Shown one piece after another: positions 51,729 to 64,000 of a stretch of 64,000 nucleotides of DNA. This DNA is from Octopus sinensis (Eukaryota), in the NCBI RefSeq assembly GCF_006345805.1, contig NC_043010.1, forward strand, positions 62,868,001-62,932,000, in the 5' to 3' direction. Position numbers and translations under genes: made by a program. Each line of letters starts with the position of its first letter. Position 1 is the first letter of the stretch. The notes below the pieces were generated by a model. It was not told the DNA's origin, made no database searches, and worked only from the letters and a program-made list of their open reading frames with translations.

Positions 51729-52904
51729 CATACATACATACATATATATATATTATAATATATATATATGCTAGCATGGAAAACGGACGCTAAACCTATG
51801 ATGATGATGATGAATATATATTATATATATATATATTATAATAAGAGATATATACGTTTATATATTTGTTGAGCAAGATTTTTTATGTGAAGTCGTGTGT
51901 TGAAACAGATATTATTATATTTCGGAATGGTCATTTTGCCAGTTTAGCCAATAAGATTAAGATTAATGTAAAAAATAAATAACACTGAAGCAAAATAACA
52001 CCAAATATATAGTACGTGTGTTTTTATTGGCTAAACTGGCAAAATGACCATTCCGAAATATAATAATAATAATAATAATATATATATATACATTGAGATA
52101 ACATATATCCAATATACTGCTAGTGAAGTACCCAACAAAGTTAATACATAAATGTTAAGGATTGCGATGCAATCAATTCATTTACTGTATTATATGGGCA
52201 AAGGTAAAATGATTTACCACAAATTACTAATACAAGATAAGAAAATGGAGAAATACATCCTAAATCAAATATCAATTACCAGATAATACTCAATCACATA
52301 CTTTATTAAACCACCACATAAGAGACTGTAGGGTTTAACATAAAAAAGCAGAACAAATCATGTACATAAAGGAATGTACATAAAAAAGTGTACATAAAAG
52401 AGTAATGTTGTATAATAAGTAGAATATATATAAAAAAGAGAATGTAAATATAAGTAAATATAAATATAAGTATAGATTACATCTTACAGCTGTTTCGGCC
52501 ATGTAGATAAGTATGTCTCATTTTACCAATATTAGCCTTTTATGGTAGGTCAATATATATATATATATATATATAAATGAGAAATGAGAAACAGATATTC
52601 TCCATATAGAATACACTTCGTAGTGCCCAAGAGACTTAAACTTGAGCAGGTAGAGGAGTAAATGTAAGGACAAGCAAGTCAGGCTGATCGATATACAAAA
52701 AGTATGAAATACCTTAATTACAAAAAATGTACAGGTGTTTACGTATGAAAAGTTCCAACTTACACAGAAGAGAAATGATCTGTATAAGTCGGATCTTTTT
52801 ATTTGTAAACTTCAGTATTTTTTTTGTATTAAATGTATTTAATATCTTTTGTATATTGACTTGCCTAACTTGTTTATCCTTACATAAGCTCCCCTATATA
52901 TATA

Positions 52905-53215
52905 CTCTTTTACTCTTTTACTTGTTTCAGTCACTTGACTGCGGCCATGCTGGAGCACCGCCTCTAATCGAGCAACTCGATCCCGGGACTTATTCTTTTG
53001 TAAGCCCAGTACTTACAGACACACACACACTCATATATATATATACATATATACGACGGGCTTCTTTCAGTTTCCGTCAACCAAATCCACTCACAGGGCT
53101 TTGGTCGGCCCAAAGCTATAGTAGAAGACACTTGCCCAAGGTGCCATGCAGTGGGACTGAACCCGGAACCATGTAGTTGGTAAACAAGCTACTTACCACA
53201 CAGCCACTCCTGTGT
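52905..53215 (-). mobile_element. Family C SINE with internal deletion
   Basis: Tail and head both present; middle segment missing. Confidence 0.88.
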
Positions 53216-53374
53216 ATATATATATAATTTAATTATTATACAAATAAGAAAATGGAGAAACAATTTAGTTCGTTCATTAGCTTTTGGATATTAGAATGTT
53301 GAATTATTTATTCATTTAACAAAAATGAGAACCTTAAAAGCATAAATATATATATATATATATGATAGATCAGT

Positions 53375-53541
53375 AGCCACTACACATTTTTTCTCTCCTT
53401 ATTTCTTTCTGTGTTTCTTTCTGTGGAAGAGCGTAGGCTCAAAACGTTAAAGCCTTTTTCAATTCCTGAGCGTTATACTAATACATCTATTTGTTTTCTA
53501 CACCACCTGTCTTCGTCTGTTGTTTTTTCGTGAATTCTCCC

Positions 53542-53545
<4 letters not shown>
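53375..53545 (+). mobile_element. Family E2 terminus, hammerhead motif at 53417-53452 (A6U, G12A)
   Basis: CTTT-CTGTGGA-A-GAGC-GTAG-GCTC-AAAA-CGTT-AAAG. Confidence 0.7.
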
Positions 53546-53575
<30 letters not shown>

Positions 53576-53678
53576 ATAATATATATAATATATATATATA
53601 TTGGTTAAAACGTTAAGATAACAAAAGAAAGAAAGAGACCTCAATATTATGTAAATAGAGGAAATTTATCTGATGGCC

Positions 53679-53741
53679 AGATAACCGAAGAGATGGTGTT
53701 GTGGATTTCCACTTCGGCATCCGAAACTCAGAGTTTTATCT
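53679..53741 (+). ncRNA. Type I hammerhead-like motif with long stem II (family G, U4C in this copy)
   Basis: AGATAA-CCGAAGA-GATG...GTGG-ATTT-CCAC...CATC-C-GAAA-CTC-A-GAG-TT|TTATCT; 6-bp stem I. Confidence 0.6.
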
Positions 53742-53765
53742 TGACTATTGTGTAATTGTAACATA

Positions 53766-53815
<50 letters not shown>

Positions 53816-54366
53816 GTATGTATATATTTATGTGTGTGTGTATGCATTTGCCCCCACCATCACTTGACAACCGATGCTGGTGTGTTAATGTCCCTGTAAC
53901 TTAGCCGCTTGACAAAAGAGAACGATAGAATATGTAATAGGCTTACAAAGAATAAGCCCTGGAGTTGAATTCTTCGACTAAAATCCCTTTGAGGTGGTGC
54001 TCCAGGATGGCCGTAGTCAAATGACCGAAACAAGTTAAAGAATAAAAGAATACAAGAATAAAATTATGTGGAGTGGTATTAGCTTCTTAGCGGTCATAAT
54101 TCGCTAGTAGTACTACTAATGCTTACACTAGTGATATTGATGGCTTTTCTTTCTTTTTACTAGTGGTACTCTAGAAGCCAAATGGTGGACTGGCACAGCT
54201 CAGCTGAATCATTAACACATGACGAATGCATATACTAAATAATAATCTACTAAATTAGCAATAGTTAATTTAGCATTAATTCAATTAATGCACACATTTA
54301 ATTAACAACTTTTGTTTATGTGCGACACACAACCAGCATACACAACTAGCACAGATGTATGTATGC

Positions 54367-54435
<69 letters not shown>

Positions 54436-54569
54436 ATAGAAATGGTAAGACAACAAAAGAATGAAAGAGACCTTGATATTATGTAAATAGAGGAATTTAT
54501 CCGTAAATGTAATATGTGACAATTATTCAATAGCCATGATAAAACTCTGAGTTTTGGAGTCGTATATAT

Positions 54570-54855
54570 ATATCATCATCATCATCATCGTTTAACGTCC
54601 GCTTTCCATGCTAGCATGGGTTGGACGGTTCAACTGGGGTCTGGGAAGCCAGAAGGCTGCACTGGGCCCAATCTGATCTGGCAATGTTTCTACGGCTGGA
54701 TGCCCTTCCTAACGCCAACCACTCTGTGAGTGTAGTGGGTGCTTTTTATGTGCCACCTGCACAAGTGCCAGACGGGGCTGGCAAACGGCCACGGTCGGAT
54801 GGTGCAGCACGGGGGCCAGGCGAGGCTGGCAACGCACACGATCGGATGGTGTTAT
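54570..54855 (-). mobile_element. Family D retroposon
   Basis: (CAT)n + gtttaacgtccgctttccatgctagc. Confidence 0.92.
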
Positions 54856-54880
54856 ATATATATATATATATATATACAAC

Positions 54881-55260
54881 AGTGGAGGCGCAGTGGCTCA
54901 GTGGTTAGGGTAGTGGACTCACGGTCATAGGATTGCGGTTTTGATTCCCTGACCAGCCATTCTGAGTGTTTATCGAGTGAAAACATCTAAAGCTCCACGG
55001 GGCTCCGGCAGGGGGTGGTTGCAAATCTTGCTGTACTCTTTCACCACAACTTCCTCTTTCTTCCTGTTTCTGTTGTACGTGTATTTCAAAAGGGCCAGCC
55101 TTGTCACACTCTGTGTCACACTGAATCTCCCCAAGAACTACGTTAAGGGTACACATGTCTGTGGAGTACTCAACCACTTGCACGTTAATTTCACAAGCAG
55201 GTTGTTCCATTGATCGGATCAACTGGAACCCTCGTCGTCATAACAGATGGAGTGCCACAA
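54881..55260 (+). mobile_element. Full-length tRNA-SINE, head 1 + tail A
   Basis: ggaggcgcagtggctcagtggttagg...ttgattccc head, then tail A (gtatttcaaaagggccagcc...gaaccctcgtcgtcataacagatggag). Confidence 0.9.
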
Positions 55261-55567
55261 TATCTATGTATGTTTGCATGTATGAATGTATGTATGTGTG
55301 CGAATGTATGTATGAGTGAATGTATGTGTGTGTGTATATGTATGAATGTATGTGTATGTATGTATGAGTGTAGGTGTATGCATATGTATAGGTAGGTGTA
55401 AACAGGAGTGTAAAGCATTAACAGTTGTGAGAGAGGGTGTGGCAAATTACATTATTGTAAAGTAAACATGGACATTGTTTGAAATAAATGTCATGTGCAG
55501 ATAACGGAGTAAATGGTGCACATGTATACATGTATGTGTGTGTCTATACACCACACACACACATATA

Positions 55568-56114
55568 TGTATTGGTAGCAAACTCAGTTGCGTTAAGAAA
55601 GGGATGTGGGTTCGAATCCTATGCGTACAGAAAAGCCTACTTTTTTCTGTCATGGGCTTAGATGCCCCATTATTAGATTATTTTCGTTGGTCATTTTCAC
55701 GGTGAATGCTATAAGATTTAGGTTTATAAAAAAATACCATTATTATTAATTATAGAATCGTAAAACTCGAGACAGCTTAACAAAACCATTTGCAGCGAAA
55801 ACACATAAAGTTTTATTTACAAAAACAACTATGAACTAATACAGTTCTTAAATTTGACAGAAAGGAGCAGGCTGGTTCACTTGTGTAACTGGTAGCATAC
55901 GTAGTCATGTTAACAAAGGAATGTGGGTTCGAGTCCCACGTGTACGGGAAAACCTATGTTTTTTTATTGAGGGCTTAGATGCCCCATGATTAGACTATTT
56001 TCATTTTCCTTTAGTCATTTGCAAGGTGATTGCTAAAAGATTTAAGTTTATAAAAACATCATTATTATTATTTACAGAATTGTAAAACTCGACACAGCTT
56101 AACAAAACCATTTG
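55568..56114 (+). repeat. Diverged ~317-bp tandem duplication with tRNA-like B box and oligo-T
   Basis: ggtagca at 55574 and 55891; gggttcgaatcc (55608) and gggttcgagtccc (55925); shared gggcttagatgcccca and cagcttaacaaaaccatttg. Confidence 0.8.
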
Positions 56115-56139
56115 TGTACATATATATATATATATATGC

Positions 56140-56415
56140 AGGTAGCATGTAAAAAACACCTCTTGAGCGTGGTCGTTGCCAGAACCGCCTGACTGGCCCT
56201 CGCGACAGTGGCATGTAAAAAGGACCATTTGAGTGTGATCGTTGCCAGCGTCACCTTACTGGCACATGTGTTGGTGGCACATAAAAAGCACCCACTACAC
56301 TCTCAGGGTGGTCGGCATACGGAAGGGCATCCAGCTGTAGAAACTTTGCCAGATCAGATTGGAGCCTGGTGCAGCCTTCTGGCTCACCAGTCCTCAGTCA
56401 AACCGTCCAACAGAA
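56140..56415 (+). mobile_element. Family D retroposon lacking its tail
   Basis: gcacataaaaagcacccactacactctc...ggaagggcatccagctgtagaaac...aaaccgtccaac. Confidence 0.85.
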
Positions 56416-56873
56416 AGGAATAAGTGAAAATGAACAGAGAAAATGAAAAGACTTGTAGATTCCAGTGGTCTACCAATAATTATAATTAACAGTTATAATA
56501 ATTATAATTAACAAGTCTTCATGTTCTATATGATTATAATTATTGCTAATATATACTCCAGAAAATATTACCATCCAGTGAAGGAAACACGGAATTACCC
56601 ATTAGAGGAATTTACAGAGTGACTGACAACTGATAGTAGTCATAGACGTTAAATGTTGATCAATGTGGTTACCCTTAACCTGGAACATAACTGAGAGCCA
56701 CCACGGTATTCACCCAGTTGTTATATCCCTCCAAACTCACATTTATATATATATATATATATATACTTACTCACAAGTGGATAACTTAATTTTATTTAAT
56801 TTACATAAAATTTTTTATGTATTGGATTAAGTCTTTCTTTGTTTGATTTACATAATAGTGGTTTTGTCTCTAA

Positions 56874-56909
<36 letters not shown>

Positions 56910-56915
<6 letters not shown>

Positions 56916-57325
56916 TTTTACTTGTTTCAGTCATCTGACGGTGACCATGCTGGAGCACTGCCTTTAGTCAAACAAATTGACCCCAGGACTTATTCTTTGT
57001 AAGCCTAGTACTTATTCCATTGGTCTCTTTTGCCGAACCGCTAGGTTACAGGGACCTAAACACACCAGCATTGGTTGTCAAGCAATGTTGGGGACAAACA
57101 CAGACACACAAACACACACACAACACACACACAGAGACATACACACACACACACACATATACATATATACATACGATGGGCTTCTTTGAGTTTCCGTCTA
57201 CCAAATCCACTCATAAGGCTTTGGTTGCCCCGAGGCTATAGTAGAAAACACTTGCCCAAGGTGCCACACAGTGGGACTGAACCCGGAACCATGTGGTTGG
57301 TAAGAAAGCTACTTATCACGCAGCC
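56910..57325 (-). mobile_element. Full-length family C SINE
   Basis: Complete head and tail on the minus strand. Confidence 0.92.
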
Positions 57326-57526
57326 ATATATATTTTTATATATGTATAAGTGTGTGGGTAGATCTACAGCTGTGCACTTTTGCAGTGTCTGGATATACAT
57401 GTCCCATGTTGTAGCCCGGAGTCTCTGGTTGTTTCGAGTAAAAATGTCGATCAAGCTAAGACCAGTGTCCAAGTTGAATTCCACTGAGAGGGGCATCTAC
57501 AGGCTTTCTCAGGAGCCACCACAATG

Positions 57527-57557
<31 letters not shown>

Positions 57558-57674
57558 ATACATATATATTTATATGCATACATATGTGTGTGTGTGTATA
57601 TATATATATACACACACACACATATCTGTGAGTGTGTATGTGTATTATATGTATGAATGTGTGTAGTAATAGTG

Positions 57675-57705
<31 letters not shown>

Positions 57706-58329
57706 TAGTGGTGGTGGTGGTGGTGTGGTGGTGGTGGTGGTGGTGGGATCGGTGGGGGCGCTGGTGGTGTTGATGGTGGAATTGTTGGCAGCAGCAGTAG
57801 CAGTAGTAGTAGTAGTAGTAGTAGTGGTGTTGGTGGTGGTGGTGGTGGTGGTGGTGGGGCGGTGGTGTTGGTGATGGTGGAACTGTTGGCAGCAGCAGTA
57901 GCAGTAGTAGTAGCAGTAGTAGTAATGGTGGTGGTTGTGGTTCTGGTGGTAGTTGTGGTTGTGGTGGTGGTTGTGGTTCTGGTGGTAGTTGTGGTTGTGG
58001 TGGTGGTTGCGACAGTGGTGGTGGAGCTGGCAGCAGCTGTGGAATAAGCAGCAGCAGTAGTAGTAGTAGTAACAATGCCAGTCGATGGACAGGTTGGAGC
58101 TGACTCCCATACTAATGCGTTGCCTGTTACCATGGTGATGTCGGACATAGCCGACATTAAAAAGAGAGTTCTGGAAGAGACATGAAGACAGTTGCAACAG
58201 TTCCGATGGTTCTGAGAGTGGAAGCCACTGATATGATCAAAGACTGACCTTTACCAGCGCCAACATGGATTGCTAATTCCAATAGGCATTAACCGAATAT
58301 TTCTTGGGCTACCAATGGAAGCAGTTAGC

Positions 58330-59545
<1,216 letters not shown>

Positions 59546-60063
59546 AATAAGTACTAGGCTTACAAAGAGTAAGTCCTGGGGTCGATTTGTTCGACTAAAA
59601 GGAGGTGCTCCAGCATGGCTGCAGCCATATGACTGAAATAAATAAAAGAATATATACACACAAGCTCATAATGTCACACATACATACGCAGATATACACA
59701 CACACATATACATAAACACAAGCATACACCCAGAGGCACACATTAAAGGTTTCTCTATGGCCATGGAAGACTGTTTGGAAATGCCTTCAGGACAGAAGTG
59801 ACCCTAACAGTCTCCAAGACCCACCACCACCACCTTGCTGCTCCTCACCACTGCCACTGCTGCCGCCAGCATCTTTACCTCCCACCGCTGCTGCTGCTGC
59901 TACTACTACTACTAGTACTACTACTACTACTAGTACTACTATTACTACTACTACCACCGCTGCTGCTGCTGCTGCTACTACTACACTGCTGCCACCACCA
60001 CCACCACCACTACCTCTGCCGCCACCACCACCACCACCACTACCACTGTTGCTGCTGCTGCTG

Positions 60064-60100
<37 letters not shown>

Positions 60101-60815
60101 AACACCATTATCACCATCACTGCTACTACATCACCACCACTGGCCCCACTGCCACCACAGTTGTTGCTACTACACAACCACAATCATCACCACCACCACC
60201 ACCACCACCACTACCTCTACTTTTGCTTTTTGTTATTTTATTATTGAAAAGTGGTAGATCAAAGTGTGTGACCTTTGATGGTCCAACCAGACTGTGTCCT
60301 TTGTCTTTGTAATTTAATGGCTTTAATAAGAAAGGAGGGCTCCCATGACCTTTTTCTTGCAAGTCCTCTCAGACAGGAAAGAGCAAATTATTTCCAGACT
60401 GGACCCTGGCTGGAATATTTGTAACAGTGTTGTTGGGGGTGGGGGAAAGGTCCACACAAGGCCCTCAGTCACCAGGTGGTGGTGGTATTAAACTGAATAA
60501 AGGGTTAAGACCTTTTCTATTTATATCTTTTAGGGAGTGGGGAATGCTATGGCCATGACCCTTTACAAGGCATTACAGATTGGTGGGAGGGAGGGTAGAA
60601 GGCATCCTAAAACCAGTGACCTGCACCAAATGGTTGCAACAGAGTGGGGGTTCTGTAAAAGGAGCCAAGGACCAGGTGCTGGTATTAATTAAACTAATTA
60701 AGTTTATCACTCTTGCTCCCAGGAACTCTTTCTTTCTGGTTTATGATATTCAATCCTTTTCAAATTTCTGTCAACCCACATCTTTTGAATTTGTAGGCTC
60801 CCTTCTCTCCTGTCT

Positions 60816-61304
60816 TTAACCCTTTCGTTAGTTACCAACCTGGCTGAAACCGGTTCTGGCTGTGTAGTACAAATGTCTTGTTTTCATAAGTTTTGAATTA
60901 ACATCTTCCACCAAACCTTAGTCACAATTTATGTTCCTGACACTAAGCTTAATGATAACTAAGTTATTTTACTAAATTCTTTGTTATATTTAAAGTAATT
61001 GAAAAAAAAAAACACAGAGCATCTCAAAAGAAATATGGTAACAAAAGGGTTAAAATATATAATTGAGAAACAATTCTTAACCCTTTTGATACCAACCTGG
61101 CTGAAACCACCTCTGGCTCTAAGTACAAATGTCTTGTTTTCATAAGTTTTGAATTAACATCTTCCACCAAACCTTAGTCACAATTTATGTTCCTAACACT
61201 AGCTTAATGATAACTAAGTAATTTTACTAAATTCTTTGTTATATCAAAAATAATTTAAAGAAACACTGAGCATTTCAGCAGAAATATGGTAACAAAAGGG
61301 TTAA
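60816..61304. mobile_element. Second TTAA MITE dimer (family P2; monomers 60820-61049 and 61081-61300)
   Basis: Same monomers and same 23-bp spacer (2 mismatches) as 34383-34858. Confidence 0.9.
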
Positions 61305-61364
61305 AGTCCTCTGCACTACAGTGGCCCCTACACTTTGTTTGCAACAAGATTCTTTTATCTGTGA

Positions 61365-61765
61365 TCTTTCATTTGTTTCAGTCATTAGACTGCGGCCATG
61401 CTGGGGCACTGCCTTGAAGAATTTTTTAGTTGAATGAATCAAGCTCAGTTCTTTTTTTTTCTTTTAAGCCTGGGACTTAGTCTTTCTGTCTCTTTTGCAG
61501 CATTGCTAGATTACAGGGATGTAAACACACCAACACCGGTTGTCAAGCAATAGTGGGAGGCAAACAGAGAAAAAGGCACACACACACACACATTTATACA
61601 ATGGGCTTCTTTCAGTTTCCGCCTATCAAATCCACTTTCACAAAACATTAGTCGTTCCAATGCTATCATAGAAGACACTTGCCCGAGGTGCCTTATAGTA
61701 GGACTGAACACAGAACTATGTGGTTGGGAAGCAATCTTCTTACCACACAGTCACACCTGCCCCTA
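61365..61765 (-). mobile_element. Full-length family C SINE
   Basis: ttgtttcagtcattagactgcggccatgctgggg...ttaccacacagtcacacc. Confidence 0.9.
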
Positions 61766-62113
61766 TGATTGTATAAAAAAGAAAATCCACTGCTCCCCCT
61801 ACCCCAAGAGGAATGGTCTTTCTGAAAGGCTTCCACCCAGTTTCCTTCTCCCACATTTCACATTTGAGGTGTTGACTGACTTAGGGTTATATTAGAAGCT
61901 ACTTTCCCAGGGTGCCAAGCATTAGGACCAGACCTGGGAATGCATTGTTAAGAGACAAACCTTCAAACCACCTGACTATTTTGGTAGTGTGGGGGCAAAA
62001 GAACATTCAAGAATTACGCTTCATGTGGTCGGTAACACTCCAGTTTTGAAGATAATCAAGAATCTGGAGTGATTTGGTAAAACTTTAACAATCTTAATAT
62101 CAAACTGGTGTGA

Positions 62114-62295
62114 AGGCAGTAAGCTGGCAGAACCATGCTTGGTGGCATTTCATGTTTTTATGTTCTGAGATCAAACTCTGTTGAGGTCGACTTTTTCGTT
62201 TATCCTTTTGGGGTTGATAAAATAAGTACCAGTTGAGTACTGGGGTCGATGTAACTGACTCATCCCCTTGCCGAAATTGCTGGCCTTGTGCCAAA
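62114..62295 (+). mobile_element. SINE with a Deu/Nin-like central domain, internally deleted
   Basis: gaaggcagtaagctggcagaa...gaggtcgactttttcgtttatccttttggggttgataaaataagtaccag; domain name rests on recalled consensus. Confidence 0.55.
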
Positions 62296-62737
62296 ATTTA
62301 AAACCAATATTAAACTGGTGTTTAACAAAAACGGTTCTTACAGGAATCATGGCAGATTTAATTCTTTTGTCACCATATTCAGATCACTTTAACCCTTTAA
62401 TTACCATATTTCTGTTGAAATATTCTAATTTGCTTCAATCAATTTTGAAAATAACAAAGAATTTGGGGAAAATAACTTTGTCATAATAAAGATGGTGTTT
62501 GGAGCATAAATTAATATCAAATATTGACAGAAGGTTTTAATTTATATCCCTTTAGACCAGGAACTTTGTACCATAGAACCAGGGGTAGTCATTAGCACTT
62601 TACTATCTAAACTGGTCATATCTGGCAAAAATATTCTAGCTGTTCAATATTTAGACTAGCCCAGCATGCTAACATTTCTGCCAGCTTGCTACCTTCAGGC
62701 AATATAATATTAATGGATGTATGTGTGTGTGTGTGTG

Positions 62738-62773
<36 letters not shown>

Positions 62774-62774
<1 letters not shown>

Positions 62775-63162
62775 TAGCAGTATCGCCCGGCGTTGCTCGG
62801 GTTTGTAAGGGAAATAACTATATAAGCATTTTTAGAGATGTAAAGTATAATAGCCATCTCAATATGGCTAACCACAAAGGGGGGGGGGGTGTTACTGTAG
62901 CTTTTTACGTTCTGAGATTTAATAATACATTTTTAGAGAGTTACTTCCCTTATATAATAGCAAAAAAATGCATTAAAAATGGGAAAAAATGATGGTAAAT
63001 TTTTTTTAAAATCGTAGACGCGCGCTAATACCCAGAAGGGCTCGATATGAATCACGACTATAAGATACCCGGTTTTGGTTACACTGCACCGCAAAATGTG
63101 GGAGTAGTTAGGAATCTAAATCGTAGGAGACAGACACACAACTTCACTTTTATATATAAAGA
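62774..63162 (-). mobile_element. Non-autonomous Helitron (subfamily A, long form)
   Basis: Minus strand A|TCTTTATATATAAAA...CCCGAGCAACGCCGGGCGATACTGCTAG|T; homologous to 51082-51387. Confidence 0.92.
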
Positions 63163-63694
63163 TATACACACACACACACACACATACATATGTGTATGTG
63201 TGCATGAGTCTGTATGCATATGTATGTTTGTATGTCTGTATAGAGGGAGAAAGGGAGTTAGATAGAAGAGTTTAGCCAAATGAAAACACAGAGATTAAGT
63301 CGATAGAGGGACCTAGTGTATGTGTGAGAGAGAGAAGAGAGAGAAAGAATGAGAGAGAGAAAGAGAGTGAGAAGGAGAGAAAGAAAGAAGGTATATCGTG
63401 ATAGCTATCCCATTTAAGAGGGAAGACTGTATTCTTGGATGCTTATACCCCATGGAAGCCACATCGCATCTATCACCAGGAGAGGAATAATGGAGGAGGT
63501 GGGGGAGGGGTCTCTGCCAAGATGAATTACTCTTGTGCAGACTACATGGAGATAAAGTCTTCAGTGGTGACTCAACAACTCAAAGATCTGGAGTGGTTAT
63601 TTAACCCTAGGTTAGCTCCAACTATGATCAAAACCATGACAGTCTTGATCATCCAGTGTTTTTTTGTTTTTGTTCTCTAATGCTTTTGTTCTCT

Positions 63695-64000
63695 AATAGG
63701 CATAGGAGTGGCTGTGTGGTAAGTAGCTTGCTTACCAACCACATGGTTCTGGGTTCAGTCCCACTGCGTGGCACCTCGGGCAAGTGTTTTCTACTATGAT
63801 CTCGGGCCGACCAAAACCTTGTGAGTGGATTTGGTAGACAGAAACTGAAAGAAGCCTGTCGTATATATGTATATATGTGTGTGTGTGTGTTTGTCCCCAC
63901 CCCAACATCGCTTGACAACGGATGCTGGTGTGTTTACGTCCCCGTCACTTAGTGGTTCAGCAAAAGAGACCGATTGAATATGTACTAGGTTTACAAAGAA
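63695..64000 (+). mobile_element. Family C SINE running off the window end
   Basis: ggcataggagtggctgtgtggtaagtagcttgcttaccaaccacatggttctgggttcagtcccactgcg. Confidence 0.93.

Noticed and set aside
54881-54955. tRNA gene candidates at SINE 5' ends (also 13290-13368, 16350-16429, 42450-42529)
   Set aside because: They are tRNA-derived SINE heads continuing into SINE bodies, with no proper acceptor stem or terminator

Overview
No host protein-coding gene, rRNA or true tRNA can be supported in this 64 kb window. It is repeat-saturated eukaryotic DNA whose repeat repertoire matches an octopus genome (inference from SINE and retroposon motifs). It holds long AT/AC/TC/ACC simple-sequence blocks, which explain nearly all ORFs in the six-frame track, and a 100-N scaffold gap (11776-11875). 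Transposons include four tRNA-derived SINE types, a (GAT)n-tailed LINE-like 3' end with an internal ~62-bp VNTR, a Helitron helicase remnant, three non-autonomous Helitrons, a rearranged mariner remnant, and TTAA (piggyBac-like) and hAT-like MITEs. The most interesting signal is about 15 minimal type I hammerhead ribozyme motifs from at least five sequence families, probably Penelope-like element termini or retrozymes. Two have intact canonical cores (32963-33033 and 42947-42982, both minus strand). Several families share non-canonical core substitutions (A6U, U4C) while their stems covary and stem III stays palindromic, as in dimer-type hammerheads. All folds were worked out by eye and no activity is shown.
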